Source of the DNA: an uncultured Acidobacteriota bacterium
GTDB lineage: Bacteria > Acidobacteriota > Polarisedimenticolia > Polarisedimenticolales > DASRJG01
Length of the DNA stretch: 64,000 nucleotides
Assembly: GCA_964647625.1 (NCBI GenBank)
Contig: CAZYHZ010000001.1
Location: 94,742 to 158,741 of the forward strand
Direction: 5' to 3'
In this document: positions 10,601 through 19,005 of the stretch, in pieces
How positions within the stretch are numbered: the stretch's first letter is position 1
Layout of the letters: every line of letters starts with the position of its first letter
Notes under the pieces: generated by a model
Told to the model about the DNA's origin: nothing
Database searches by the model: none
Seen by the model: only the letters and a program-made list of their open reading frames with translations
Program-made: the position numbers and the translations under genes

Positions 10601-10961
10601 CATCGTGGCCGAGGGCCGCGAAGACCTCGGCGAGCCTTGCAGGCATGCGCGTCTCGCGCTCGATGCGCTCGGTCTCGCGCCGGAGCATGTCGGCCGTGAT
10701 CTCGATGTTCCAGAAACGGCGGAGCGCCGCAGTCTCCTCGAGATACAGCCGTGTCTTCGCGCGGATGACCGCGTCGGGGACGGCCGTCTCGAACGGGACC
10801 GAGGCACCCTCGAGATGGCGGTAGTAGACGCGCTCGATGCGCTCCTGGGCCGCGACGCGCTCGTCCGGCGTCAGCTCGCGCGCGAGGCACGGCGCGATTG
10901 CGAGCGGGATGGCGACCGACGCGAGGACCGCGGCCGCATGCAAGCTCCTGTTGAATGCCAT
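7620..10961 (-). CDS. secreted 14-blade Kelch-repeat protein (paralogue 1) with conserved N-terminal domain, MopE-type motif and shared C-terminal module
   Basis: ATG at 10961 gives the signal peptide MAFNRSLHAAAVLASVAIPLAIAPCLA, whereas GTG at 11006 gives no signal. There are 14 repeats of HTAVWTGxxMIVWGG....GGRYDPxxDxWT. A MopE-like motif follows (DGDGYSECQGDCNDDDPTVHPGAVETCNGIDDDCNG), and the C-terminal module ends GGACP. The gene starts 59 nt (ATG 10961) downstream of the BNR gene stop, or 14 nt if the GTG at 11006 is used. Confidence 0.85.
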   Translation of the reverse strand: MAFNRSLHAAAVLASVAIPLAIAPCLARELTPDERVAAQERIERVYYRHLEGASVPFETAVPDAVIRAKTRLYLEETAALRRFWNIEITADMLRRETERIERETRMPARLAEVFAALGHDALVIQECFVRPILVDRLVRGFFASDMRVHGDARAEAEALRRDLLTPGRDPVDRDPRLSIVTIARAPAAPGVVGAIEETDDAFVIREVLDGRADRFRVATWTVRKRAWDSWWPSVRDGLDASSVRTVADAGVPLAIDATAQPFTSTCVADDTWSNGTLDSIPDPRSDHTATWTGTTMIVWGGFGGGYLNSGARYDPATNTWSPISLVGAPSPRSLHTAVWTGSALVVWGGYDGTSYLDTGGRYDPSSDSWTAVAATGAPALRGGHTAVWTGSVMVVWGGYDGTSYLGTGGRYSPGSNTWTGTAIAGAPAGRTDHTAVWAGTSMIVWGGSNGSAMNSGGRYDPVTNTWVTTAIAGAPSVRSDHTAVWTGSTMIVWGGSDGTSYLGNGGRYTPASDSWTPVSPTGAPAGRSGHIAVWTGSSMIVWGGMDATSSARDTGGRYDPSTDSWTPTSATNAPPGRNSHTAVWTGSLMIVWGGTAGSAAGLNSGGRYDPSSDTWTPTLVTAAPSRRANHTAVWTGTQMIVWGGSDGTSAFNTGGRYDPLTDSWAAMATAFAPAGRSRHSAVWTGTKMIVWGGTSFAVVNTGGVYDPAANSWTATETTGAPSARKDHTAIWTGARMIVWGGYDVAPLGTGGVYDPGSGTWTNVSTSSAPSARYLHTAIWSGSAMVVWGGYSAGGVNTGGRYDPGSDTWSTTSTTSAPVARYNHTAVWTGSVMVVWGGYGSDYLNSGGRYNPATNTWAGTSLTGAPSIRYLQSAVWARSVMVVWGGQNSAGAIGTGGRYDPASDTWLTVSGASAPSPRYDHRAAWTGSFMLVWGGQDDASVLGSGGRYALGQFLDNDGDGYSECQGDCNDDDPTVHPGAVETCNGIDDDCNGLVDDGIPPPAAKPSLSMAKSGSSAQLTWAAASGVTGYDVVSGSVDVLRATSGNFTTSTSTCLANDTASTVVNDPASPAAGDGSWYLIRAVSTCSGNGSYDEGVPSQTGGRDTEINASGGACP
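8110..10106 (-). repeat. tandem array of 14 Kelch-blade coding repeats (~145-150 nt period)
   Basis: I counted the blades directly in the translation. The core ATGATCGTCTGGGG (MIVWG), or its reverse complement, recurs blade after blade. The boundaries are approximate. Confidence 0.8.
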
Positions 10962-11019
10962 CGGACCCACGAACGTGGGGCAGCGGGTCGGTGCCCGCCG
11001 CCCCACCGGTTTGGAACCG

Positions 11020-14000
11020 CTAGAAGTTCACGGTGATCGTGCCGTTGAAGTCACACGTCCCGACGTCGAAACCGACCGTCCGGCTCACGCGATGCCCGGC
11101 GACGATCGCAGTCACCGTCACCTGGTACGAGCCCGGGAGGAGCTGGATCGGGTTCGACACGGTGCCGTACTCCTTGTGGTACTGGAACGGCGCGCACGGC
11201 GACGGCGGGACGACCGTCTGGAGCGCCAGGTTCTTCGACGTATCCACGGTGTCGAGCAGCGGCTTGTTGCGGTTGGCGTTGATCCGCTGGATCTTGATCT
11301 GCTCCACCGTGGCCAGCGGCACACCGCCCGCCGTCACGAGCACGCGCGCACCCGTTCGAACGCCCTCGCCGCACAGGGCGCGCGTCACGCTCGTCAGCGC
11401 TCCCGTGATCGGGTCGGAGACGTACGTGATCGTGAGGTTGCCGGTGTCCGCCCGCGACAGATTGACCGGGTGGAACACCGTCTGGAGATTGCCCTCGCCC
11501 GCGATGTGACCGGGCTGGAGAATGATCGGGAACGACGGCAGCCCGGCGAGGCCGTACTCCGCGGTGTTGCTACTGATCGCGAAGCCCGTGATGCTCAGGT
11601 TGCACTGGCCGTTGTTCGAGACCGGGAACGGCTCCGGCGTGCTGCACGGGCCGACCGACTGGATCACCTCCGCCGGGAAACCGAGATCCGGCGGAACGTC
11701 GATGACCGGTGCCGGCGTGTTCCCCGTCAGCGTCTTCACGATGACCGGCGTATCCGGATCGTCGGTCGTGATCGTCAGCGTGCAGGTCTTGGGCCCTGCC
11801 GAGGTCGGCGTGAAGCGGACGACGACGTTCTGGCACGAATCGGGGCTGACCGGCGCGGGGAACGGATTGTTGATGAGCGTGAAATCGACGCACCCCGGAT
11901 TCAAGGCGACGCTCGTCACGTGGAGGTTGCATTCTCCGACATTGCAGACCGACACCGGCTTCTCGGCGAGAACGCCCGCACAGACGCTGCCGAAGTCGGT
12001 CGAGCCCGTCACGCGAACGTCTCCTGGCGGGGCGGTCCCCGAAACGTTGACCGACGTCGCCGGCGAGCTCGGATCGTTGCTGTAGATCGTGATCGTGCTC
12101 GACTTCGCGCCGAGCGTCGTCGGCTGGAGGCGAATCGGCAGGTGCAGCGACGTGTTCGGCGCGATCGTCAGCGGGAACGAAGCCACGCTCGGTGTCGAGA
12201 ACTGCCCCGAGCTCGAGCTGATTCCCGTGACGTTCAGGGTGCACGTGCCGCTGTTGTTGATCGTCAGGTCGAGGTCCTTGAAGTCGCCGATGCAGACGTC
12301 GCCGAACGAGCCGGAATCGGCGATCGCCGTCGCGATCGTGCTGTTGCCGACGTCGGCGGTCGCCGTCAGGTCGAGCGTCGGTGAGCCGGGGTCGTCGCTG
12401 TTGATCCGGATCGTGGCGGTCTTGCTGCCCGGTGTCGACGTCTGGAACTTCACGGTGAAATCGACGTGCGCGTCGGGGCTGATGGTCAATGGCGTCGTCG
12501 GCTTCGATACGACCGTGAAGTCGGTCGATCCGAACAGGCGCTGCACGCTGCTGATGACGAGGTCGTCCGTCCCGACGTTGTAGACGTGGATCGTGAGGAA
12601 CGATGCCGTGCCGACGCACGTGCTCCCGAAGTCCAGGCCGTTGTCCGCGTTCACCGAGATGACCTGGCCGCTGGCGGGAGCGAACTCGAACGTGCCTCGT
12701 CCGTAGGTGGACGCGCGCAGGACGTGCGCCGTCGGGTTGATCTGAAGGTCCGAGACGGGGCAATTGGGGAAGTGCGGCTGGTCGAGCGTCGTCCAGCTGC
12801 TTCCCCCGTCCACCGACCGGTAGACGCCGAGGTCGGTGCCGACGTAGATCGTCGTCGGGTTCGTGGCGCCGTCGAGCGCGATGCCGTTGAACGGAACGTC
12901 GACCGCGGGCGAGATGTCCGTCCATCCGGATCCGCCGATCGTCGTCGCGAAGACGTGGCCTCCGCCGAAGCCGGAGAGCGTCGCGTAGATCACCGTGGGA
13001 TCGATCGGATCGAACGCGATCCGCGTGACCGACCGCCCCGGCAGGTCCCGGGTGATGTCGGTGAAGACGACACCGCTGGGCGGCCCGACCGTCGAGGCCA
13101 GCGCGTTCGTGCTGACGAACACCTTGCCCCCGACGGCGACCGCGACGTTGTTGCTGTTGACCGCCGCGACGGTCGAGGGGCCCACGGTCGAGATGGCCGT
13201 GAACTGGGTGATGTTGCGCCAGTTCGTCCCGCCGTTCGTGCTCTGCCACAGCTGGCCTGCTATGGCGGGCGTGGGCGGGGTGACCTTGGCGGGCGTCGCC
13301 GCGCCGCTGAAGTAGAGCGTGCTCGTCGTGTTCGGATCGACGTTCATCGTGTTCCGGAAGATCTGGATCTGATCGCCCGGCAGGTCGCCCGAGATGCCCG
13401 ACCAGGTATCGCCGCTGTTTCCGGAGTGCGTGGGGCCGCCGTTGTTGATGGCGAACGCGTCGTCCGTCGTGGCCTTCGCGAAGACCACGTCGAGCCCGTC
13501 GCCGCCGTTGGTCAGGTTCCACAACAGGCTCCCCGTTCCCTTCACCGTGCCGTTGTCCTGGTTGGCGTTGAGCGTGACGTCCGCGGTGGCGTTGCTCTTG
13601 ACGTCCATGTGGTAGATCTGCGTCGATTGCAGGCCGCCGCCGTTGATCGTCGCCGGTCCGGCTCCCGTCCCGGTCCACGTCGCGCCCTTGTCGGTGCTCT
13701 TGAAGATGCCGCCGTCGTTTCCGGCGAAGACGATCGAGGGGTTGCCCGCGCCCTGAGGCGTGAACGCCCACGCGTGGCTGTCCGCGTGGATGCCGTTCGT
13801 GACGTCCGAGAACGTCGCGCCCCCGTCGTCGGACCGGAACGTGTTGGTGCCGCCCCAGTAGACGGTATCGGTCGTCCCGTTGCCGGGCGAGGCCGGATCG
13901 ACCGCGATCGTGTTCGTGTAGAAGCACTGGCACTGCAGGGCCGGCGGAGCGTTGGCGCTGCGCAGCGCCCAGTTGGTCCCTTGATCGGTGCTCTGGAAGA

Positions 14001-15153
14001 TCCCCAGGATCGGGGTGTACGGCGTCGGGATGAAGTTGCCGCCGTTCCCCTCGATCGTCAGGTACACGACCTGGACGCCCGCGGCGTTGGGCGGCGACGC
14101 CGGCGGTGCCAGCGCGACGGCGACCTTCCCGATCCCCGCGTTGCTCGTCACCGTGTTGTGCGGCGTCAGGGCGTTGGCCAGCGCGGTGGTCGCGGTCGTC
14201 AGGACGGTCGTCCACGTCAGGCCGCCGTCGGTCGATCGCTTGACGCCCGTCGAGTTGATTCCGGCGAAGAGGACGCGGGCGCCCGTGGGCGAGGACGGAT
14301 CGAGCGCGAGCGACTCGGCGACGCCGCCGCCGTTCGTCCCGATCGTCCAGTTCAGGCCGCCGTCGGTCGACCGGTACAGGCCGATGTTCGACGCCAGGTA
14401 GAGCCGGTTGCTGTTGGCCGGGTCGACGATGATGGAGTAGATGTTCCGGCCGACGAACAGGTTGGCGTTCCCGGTGTTTCCCGGCGGGTAGCCGGATCCG
14501 AGGACGATCCAGCTTCCGCCCCCGTCGGTCGATTTCATGATTCCCTGGGTGACGTCGAGCGCGCTTCCTTCCGCTCCGGTCGTGTTGTTCACGGCCGTGG
14601 AGTTCCCCACGTAGACCACATTGGTGTTGTTCGGGTCGATCGTGATCGCGGACGGCTCGCCGATCGCGAGCATCGGCTCGTGATCGGTCAGCGACGTCCA
14701 CGTCGTGCCGCCGTTCTTGCTCTGCCAGACTCCCCCGGTCGGCGTTCCCATGTAGACGACGTTGCCGTTGTAGGGGTGGATCGCGATCGAGTTGACCCGG
14801 CCGTTGTAATAGCTACTGCCGGCCTTGAAGGGGCTCGGGCCGATCGACTTCCAGACGACGCCGTTCAGCGATGGCGTCGATGCGGGCGGACCCACGAGGG
14901 CCGCCGTCTGGGAATCGAGCACCGCGGACGAGGACAGCTTCTGGGCTTGCCACATTCCGTTTCGGTAGCTGTCCAGCGTGACCGCTTCCCCGCTCAAGCG
15001 TGGCGCGAGAAATTCCCTCGTGGCATCGAATGGATTGTTCTCGAAATCGGGGTGGCTGGCGGAAATCGCCGTGAGTTGTCGCGGGAGGAAGGCTCCCGCG
15101 AAGAGGATGGTTGCGCTCGTGAGCACGAGCGCCGCGTGGATCGGACGACGCAT
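11020..15153 (-). CDS. secreted BNR/Asp-box (sortilin/VPS10-like) beta-propeller protein with four choice-of-anchor-D-like Ig repeats
   Basis: Signal peptide MRRPIHAALVLTSATILFAGA. There are eight or more Asp-box motifs (STDGGGSW, STDGGLNW, STDGGLTW, STDQGTNW, SDDGGATF, STDKGATW, STNGGTNW, SVDGGSSW). Four repeats of ~105 aa follow, of the type DFGSTCVGT..L.I.NVG...L.I......FTV......I.P....F.V.F....G.KTATI.I.SDDP. Confidence 0.85.
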   Translation of the reverse strand: MRRPIHAALVLTSATILFAGAFLPRQLTAISASHPDFENNPFDATREFLAPRLSGEAVTLDSYRNGMWQAQKLSSSAVLDSQTAALVGPPASTPSLNGVVWKSIGPSPFKAGSSYYNGRVNSIAIHPYNGNVVYMGTPTGGVWQSKNGGTTWTSLTDHEPMLAIGEPSAITIDPNNTNVVYVGNSTAVNNTTGAEGSALDVTQGIMKSTDGGGSWIVLGSGYPPGNTGNANLFVGRNIYSIIVDPANSNRLYLASNIGLYRSTDGGLNWTIGTNGGGVAESLALDPSSPTGARVLFAGINSTGVKRSTDGGLTWTTVLTTATTALANALTPHNTVTSNAGIGKVAVALAPPASPPNAAGVQVVYLTIEGNGGNFIPTPYTPILGIFQSTDQGTNWALRSANAPPALQCQCFYTNTIAVDPASPGNGTTDTVYWGGTNTFRSDDGGATFSDVTNGIHADSHAWAFTPQGAGNPSIVFAGNDGGIFKSTDKGATWTGTGAGPATINGGGLQSTQIYHMDVKSNATADVTLNANQDNGTVKGTGSLLWNLTNGGDGLDVVFAKATTDDAFAINNGGPTHSGNSGDTWSGISGDLPGDQIQIFRNTMNVDPNTTSTLYFSGAATPAKVTPPTPAIAGQLWQSTNGGTNWRNITQFTAISTVGPSTVAAVNSNNVAVAVGGKVFVSTNALASTVGPPSGVVFTDITRDLPGRSVTRIAFDPIDPTVIYATLSGFGGGHVFATTIGGSGWTDISPAVDVPFNGIALDGATNPTTIYVGTDLGVYRSVDGGSSWTTLDQPHFPNCPVSDLQINPTAHVLRASTYGRGTFEFAPASGQVISVNADNGLDFGSTCVGTASFLTIHVYNVGTDDLVISSVQRLFGSTDFTVVSKPTTPLTISPDAHVDFTVKFQTSTPGSKTATIRINSDDPGSPTLDLTATADVGNSTIATAIADSGSFGDVCIGDFKDLDLTINNSGTCTLNVTGISSSSGQFSTPSVASFPLTIAPNTSLHLPIRLQPTTLGAKSSTITIYSNDPSSPATSVNVSGTAPPGDVRVTGSTDFGSVCAGVLAEKPVSVCNVGECNLHVTSVALNPGCVDFTLINNPFPAPVSPDSCQNVVVRFTPTSAGPKTCTLTITTDDPDTPVIVKTLTGNTPAPVIDVPPDLGFPAEVIQSVGPCSTPEPFPVSNNGQCNLSITGFAISSNTAEYGLAGLPSFPIILQPGHIAGEGNLQTVFHPVNLSRADTGNLTITYVSDPITGALTSVTRALCGEGVRTGARVLVTAGGVPLATVEQIKIQRINANRNKPLLDTVDTSKNLALQTVVPPSPCAPFQYHKEYGTVSNPIQLLPGSYQVTVTAIVAGHRVSRTVGFDVGTCDFNGTITVNF

Positions 15154-15485
15154 GGCCTCCTCCTGTCAAATTGGATTGAGTTGCCCCTGGATTCGAAATC
15201 CGCGACGCGAGCAGACCCGGCCTGTGACGGGATTGACGGACACCGAGAGGCTCACCGCACCGTGACCTCCCCGCACTGTTTGCTTGCCCCTGTGCCGATG
15301 CCTATCCAGGGCGTTCTACGCCCGCCGGATTCGGCGAGTCAATGCAGGGTTTCCACGAAGTTCGCTCACTGCGCTCGGACAAGAATCGTGCCGGGGCCCG
15401 CGCACTCGATTCCGGTGCGAACTATTCTGCCCGGCCGCGCGTACTTAGAACTGTCCGGTATCATTCGTCCCAAGTTGAGCCATCG

Positions 15486-18353
15486 ATGAGCACTGCCGCA
15501 CGGACGCTGCAGCCGGAAGACGTAGTCGCGCACTATCGCGTCGTGGGCCCGCTCGGCACGGGCGGCATGGGTGAGGTCTATCTCGCCCAGGACCGGACGC
15601 TCGAGCGGAACGTCGCGCTAAAAGTGCTGCCGCCCCAGTTCGTCAAGGACGAAGAACGACTGCGCCGTTTCGTGCTCGAGGCCAAATCCGCGTCGTCCCT
15701 GAGCCACCCGAACATCGTCACCATCTATGAGATCGGCAGCGATGTCGTCCGCACGAAGGGGGGCGCGGCCGAGCCCGACTCGGCCCCCGTCCAGTTCATC
15801 TCGATGGAGCTGATCCAGGGCCGGACCCTGACGACCCTCATCCACGAGGAAAAGACCGACCTCCGGACCCTTCTCGGCTACCTCGCGCAGGCGGCCGAAG
15901 GGTTGGCCAAGGCGCACTCGGCGGGGATCATCCACCGCGACCTCAAGCCGGGAAACATCATGGTCACGTCCGACGGGTACGCGAAGGTGCTCGATTTCGG
16001 GCTCGCCAAGCTCACCGAGCGCACCGAGACCCCGATGGAAATGTCGAGCGCGCCGACGGTGATGGAGCAGAAGACCGGGGCCGGCGCGGTGATGGGGACG
16101 ACCGGCTACATGTCCCCGGAGCAGGTCCGCGGCAAGCCGGTCGATCAGCGGTCCGACGTGTTCTCGTTCGGCTGCGTGCTCTACGAGGCGATCGCCGGGG
16201 CGCGGCCGTTCGTCGCGGAGACCGCCGTCGAGACGATGCACAAGATCCTCAACGACCAGCCCCCGCCGGTCGAGGAGCGGAACAAGAAGGTCCCCGCGGA
16301 GCTGCGCCGGATCGTGCGGCGGTGCCTCGCCAAGAACCCGGACCAGCGGATCCAGTCGATGAAGGACCTCGCCATCGAGCTGCGCGAGGTCGTCGATGAG
16401 TGGGACAACCTGGCCCTGACGGCAACCTCTGTCGGCACCACGGGTATCGGCGGGGTCGCGCTCGCAGAACGCTCCCGCGCGAGATGGATCGTCCCCGGCG
16501 CGCTGCTCACCGCCGTGGTTGCGATCGCGGTCGCGCTGTGGGCGACGCACCGCGGCAGCCCGGGAGGAGCGGCGGCGCAGGCCGCGCCGAACGTCAAGAT
16601 CGCGACGCTGACCGACCGCGGGGACGTCGGCGAGGCCGCGATCTCGAACGACGGCCGCTACCTCGCCTACCTCGCCGGCGAGGTCGGGAAGACGAGCGTC
16701 AGGGTGCGGCAGGTGGCCACGGGGACCGACCTCGCGGTCGTCCCGTTCGAGGACGGGATCTTCGAGAACCTGTCATTCTCCCCCGACGGCAACTACCTCT
16801 TTTATTGCAAGCGCCGCCGCGACGCGCAGAACTACCGGGCGCTCATGCAGGTCCCCTCCCTCGGCGGAGTCTCACGCGAGCGCGCCTTCGACGTCGACTC
16901 GCGCGTGAGCTTCTCCCCGGACGGAAAGTCGATCGTCTTTGCGCGCGGCGAGCCGCAGAACTCCCGGACGAACCTCGTCGAGCGGGATCTGGACGCCGGC
17001 ACGGAGCGCGTGCTCACGTCCGTGACGAATCCGAGCACGGTGACGGCCGCGCCGGTGTGGTCCCCCGACGGCGCGAACATCGCGGCGGGGGTTCTCGACA
17101 CGTCCAAGGGTCTGTTCCTGAGCTCACTGGTCCTCTACGACGCGAAGACGGGGGCCGCGAAGACGCTCAGGGAGGGCAAGGGCTCGACCATCGAAGGGAT
17201 CGCGTGGCTCCCCGACGGGAGCGGCCTCGTCCGGTCGGGCTTCGAGTTCGCGAATTCGATCAGCCGCCAGATCACGATCGTGGACTACCCGGGCGGGACC
17301 GTCCGGAGGGTGACGAGCGACAACGGCGACTACCTACTCCCCACCGTGTCGAAGGGTGACGAGGCGATCGCCGCGGTCCGCCTGAGCCGCACGAGCGACC
17401 TGTCGCTCCTCGATCCCGGAGGCAGCGAGCCGCGCCCGTTGACGTCGTACAGAAACCCCGAGAACTCGCCGTTCAACTTCACGGCCTGTCCGGACGGTTC
17501 CGTGATGTATTCGGCGTCTCGCGACAAAGCGGTCCAGGTCTGGTCGGTCCCCGCGGGGGGAGGATCCCCGAAGTCGCTCTCCGACCCGTCGGCGCTTTCG
17601 GTTCGTCCGCGGTGCTTCGCCGGCGGGTTCGTCATGGACCGGTTCGATCTCGACGGCGGCGCTCACGTGTGGCGGGCCGATCCCGACGGCGCCAATGGGC
17701 GCGTCTTGACGCCGGGAGCGGCGGCTCAATCGGTCGATGTGGCTGCGAACGGCAGCCTGGTCACGTTCACGCCGATCGGGGACGGCGCGATGTGGGTCAT
17801 TCCCGGCGCCGGCGGGACGGCGCGGAGCCTGGGCGACAAGACCGGCCTCGGAAAGATCTCTCCCGATGCATCCAAGATCCTGCTGAGCGAGCTGACCACG
17901 CGCTCCGACGGCCTGATCGAGCGGAAGCTCAAATACGTCCCTTCCGGCGGAGGAGCCGGGGTGGACTTGCGGAACATTCCGGTGCGATCCGAGAACCTCA
18001 GCTGGACACCGGACGGCGCGGCGATCACGTACGTCGACGATTCGGGCCCGGTGTGGAACCTGTTCCGAGCCCCGCTCGACGGCGGAGCGGCGCGGCCGGT
18101 GACGTCCTACAAGGAAGGGCGCATCACGAAGTACGAGCTGTCGCCGGACGGCCGCCGGCTCGCGGTCGCCCTCACGATCGGCACGGTGACCAACGTCTGG
18201 GTCAGCGCCAGCGACGGATCGAAGCCGACGCAGATCACCCGCTATCCCGCCGACCAGGTCTTCGACCTGCACTGGCTCCCGGATGGAAGCAAGCTCGTGG
18301 TGAACGCCGGCAAGGCTAGCCTCGACGCGGTGCTGATCCGAAGCTTTCGCTGA
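15486..18353 (+). CDS. Hanks-type Ser/Thr protein kinase with TM helix and TolB-like PD40 beta-propeller
   Basis: ATG at 15486 gives MSTAARTLQPEDVVAHYRVVGPLGTGGMGEVY. Kinase motifs are VALK, HRDLKPGN, DFGLAK and SPE. A TM segment (GALLTAVVAIAVALWA) follows, then PD40 motifs (ISNDGRYLAY, FSPDGNYLFY, FSPDGKSIVF, WSPDGANIA, LSPDGRRLAV). The upstream extension to 15342 has no kinase-like sequence. Confidence 0.9.
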   Translation: MSTAARTLQPEDVVAHYRVVGPLGTGGMGEVYLAQDRTLERNVALKVLPPQFVKDEERLRRFVLEAKSASSLSHPNIVTIYEIGSDVVRTKGGAAEPDSAPVQFISMELIQGRTLTTLIHEEKTDLRTLLGYLAQAAEGLAKAHSAGIIHRDLKPGNIMVTSDGYAKVLDFGLAKLTERTETPMEMSSAPTVMEQKTGAGAVMGTTGYMSPEQVRGKPVDQRSDVFSFGCVLYEAIAGARPFVAETAVETMHKILNDQPPPVEERNKKVPAELRRIVRRCLAKNPDQRIQSMKDLAIELREVVDEWDNLALTATSVGTTGIGGVALAERSRARWIVPGALLTAVVAIAVALWATHRGSPGGAAAQAAPNVKIATLTDRGDVGEAAISNDGRYLAYLAGEVGKTSVRVRQVATGTDLAVVPFEDGIFENLSFSPDGNYLFYCKRRRDAQNYRALMQVPSLGGVSRERAFDVDSRVSFSPDGKSIVFARGEPQNSRTNLVERDLDAGTERVLTSVTNPSTVTAAPVWSPDGANIAAGVLDTSKGLFLSSLVLYDAKTGAAKTLREGKGSTIEGIAWLPDGSGLVRSGFEFANSISRQITIVDYPGGTVRRVTSDNGDYLLPTVSKGDEAIAAVRLSRTSDLSLLDPGGSEPRPLTSYRNPENSPFNFTACPDGSVMYSASRDKAVQVWSVPAGGGSPKSLSDPSALSVRPRCFAGGFVMDRFDLDGGAHVWRADPDGANGRVLTPGAAAQSVDVAANGSLVTFTPIGDGAMWVIPGAGGTARSLGDKTGLGKISPDASKILLSELTTRSDGLIERKLKYVPSGGGAGVDLRNIPVRSENLSWTPDGAAITYVDDSGPVWNLFRAPLDGGAARPVTSYKEGRITKYELSPDGRRLAVALTIGTVTNVWVSASDGSKPTQITRYPADQVFDLHWLPDGSKLVVNAGKASLDAVLIRSFR

Positions 18354-19005
18354 GCGCCGGTGCGGTCTCGGCCGCCCGCTTGGGACGCACGGGCGCGAGA
18401 TCTTCGCCCCAAGAGGTCTTTGCAATCAGGTACCGGACGTACCGGGCGATGACGAGTCCGATCCACAGGCCCGCGAAGATGTCCGACGGCCAGTGCGCGC
18501 CCCGGTAGATCCGCTCGTGGCAGACGAGCGCGGCCAGCGTGTATCCCGGCACGGCGGCGGCCGGCGCGAACTGCGCCAGCGTGTGCGCCGCGCTGAACAT
18601 GATCGCGGAGTGGCTCGAAGGGAACCGTCCGTACCTGGCCTTGAGCCAGGACATTCCGGCGATGTGGTTGACCTCGGGCCCCTGGCGGCCGATGACCTCC
18701 TTCATCACGGAGGTGACCGTCCCGGCGAGAAGCGCCGTCAACAACATCGCGAGCCCCGCACGGCGGATCTTGCGCCGCCGCGCCAGCAATCCCGCGAAGA
18801 CCAGGAGGAGGGCCACGGCGGCCGGGAACGTGGCCCCGCGAAGCTGCGAGACGCGATCGGTCAGCCAATCCAGGAAGGGGGACCGGAATCCGGAGATCGC
18901 GGCGTAGATCTTCTCGTCCCAGACGAGCAGCGCGGAGAGAATGATCGCGGCCGCGAGGTGCGGAAGCCACCGCTTGGTGGTGGCCCGGATCTTCATCGCC
19001 GTCAT
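18316..19005 (-). CDS. PAP2-family (type 2 phosphatidic acid / polyprenyl-diphosphate) phosphatase
   Basis: The three PAP2 motifs are present (KEVIGRQGP; PSSHS; ERIYRGAHWPSD) in a polytopic membrane body. ATG at 19005 overlaps the upstream GT39 stop as ATGA (19002-19005). Confidence 0.8.
   Translation of the reverse strand: MTAMKIRATTKRWLPHLAAAIILSALLVWDEKIYAAISGFRSPFLDWLTDRVSQLRGATFPAAVALLLVFAGLLARRRKIRRAGLAMLLTALLAGTVTSVMKEVIGRQGPEVNHIAGMSWLKARYGRFPSSHSAIMFSAAHTLAQFAPAAAVPGYTLAALVCHERIYRGAHWPSDIFAGLWIGLVIARYVRYLIAKTSWGEDLAPVRPKRAAETAPALSESFGSAPRRG

Noticed and set aside
8925-11036. A 703-aa plus-strand ORF, and others (8037-8831, 8254-9063, 9271-10890), inside Kelch paralogue 1.
   Set aside because: These are antisense or alternate frames of the Kelch repeat array. 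The translations are R/G/D/P-rich periodic nonsense that mirrors the repeat period, whereas the Kelch frame has a signal peptide and 14 canonical blades.
15189-15201. GGATTCGAAATCC, reminiscent of a tRNA T-arm (GTTCGAATC).
   Set aside because: No acceptor, D or anticodon arm can be folded from the flanks. It is only a 5-bp palindrome in the 332-bp divergent promoter region.
11570-15489. ORFs of 1043 aa (minus, alternate frame) and 1007 aa (plus) overlapping the BNR gene.
   Set aside because: They have no motifs and extreme Arg/Asp/Gly content. The 1377-aa frame contains repeated Asp-box motifs and Ig-like repeats, and it has the signal peptide.
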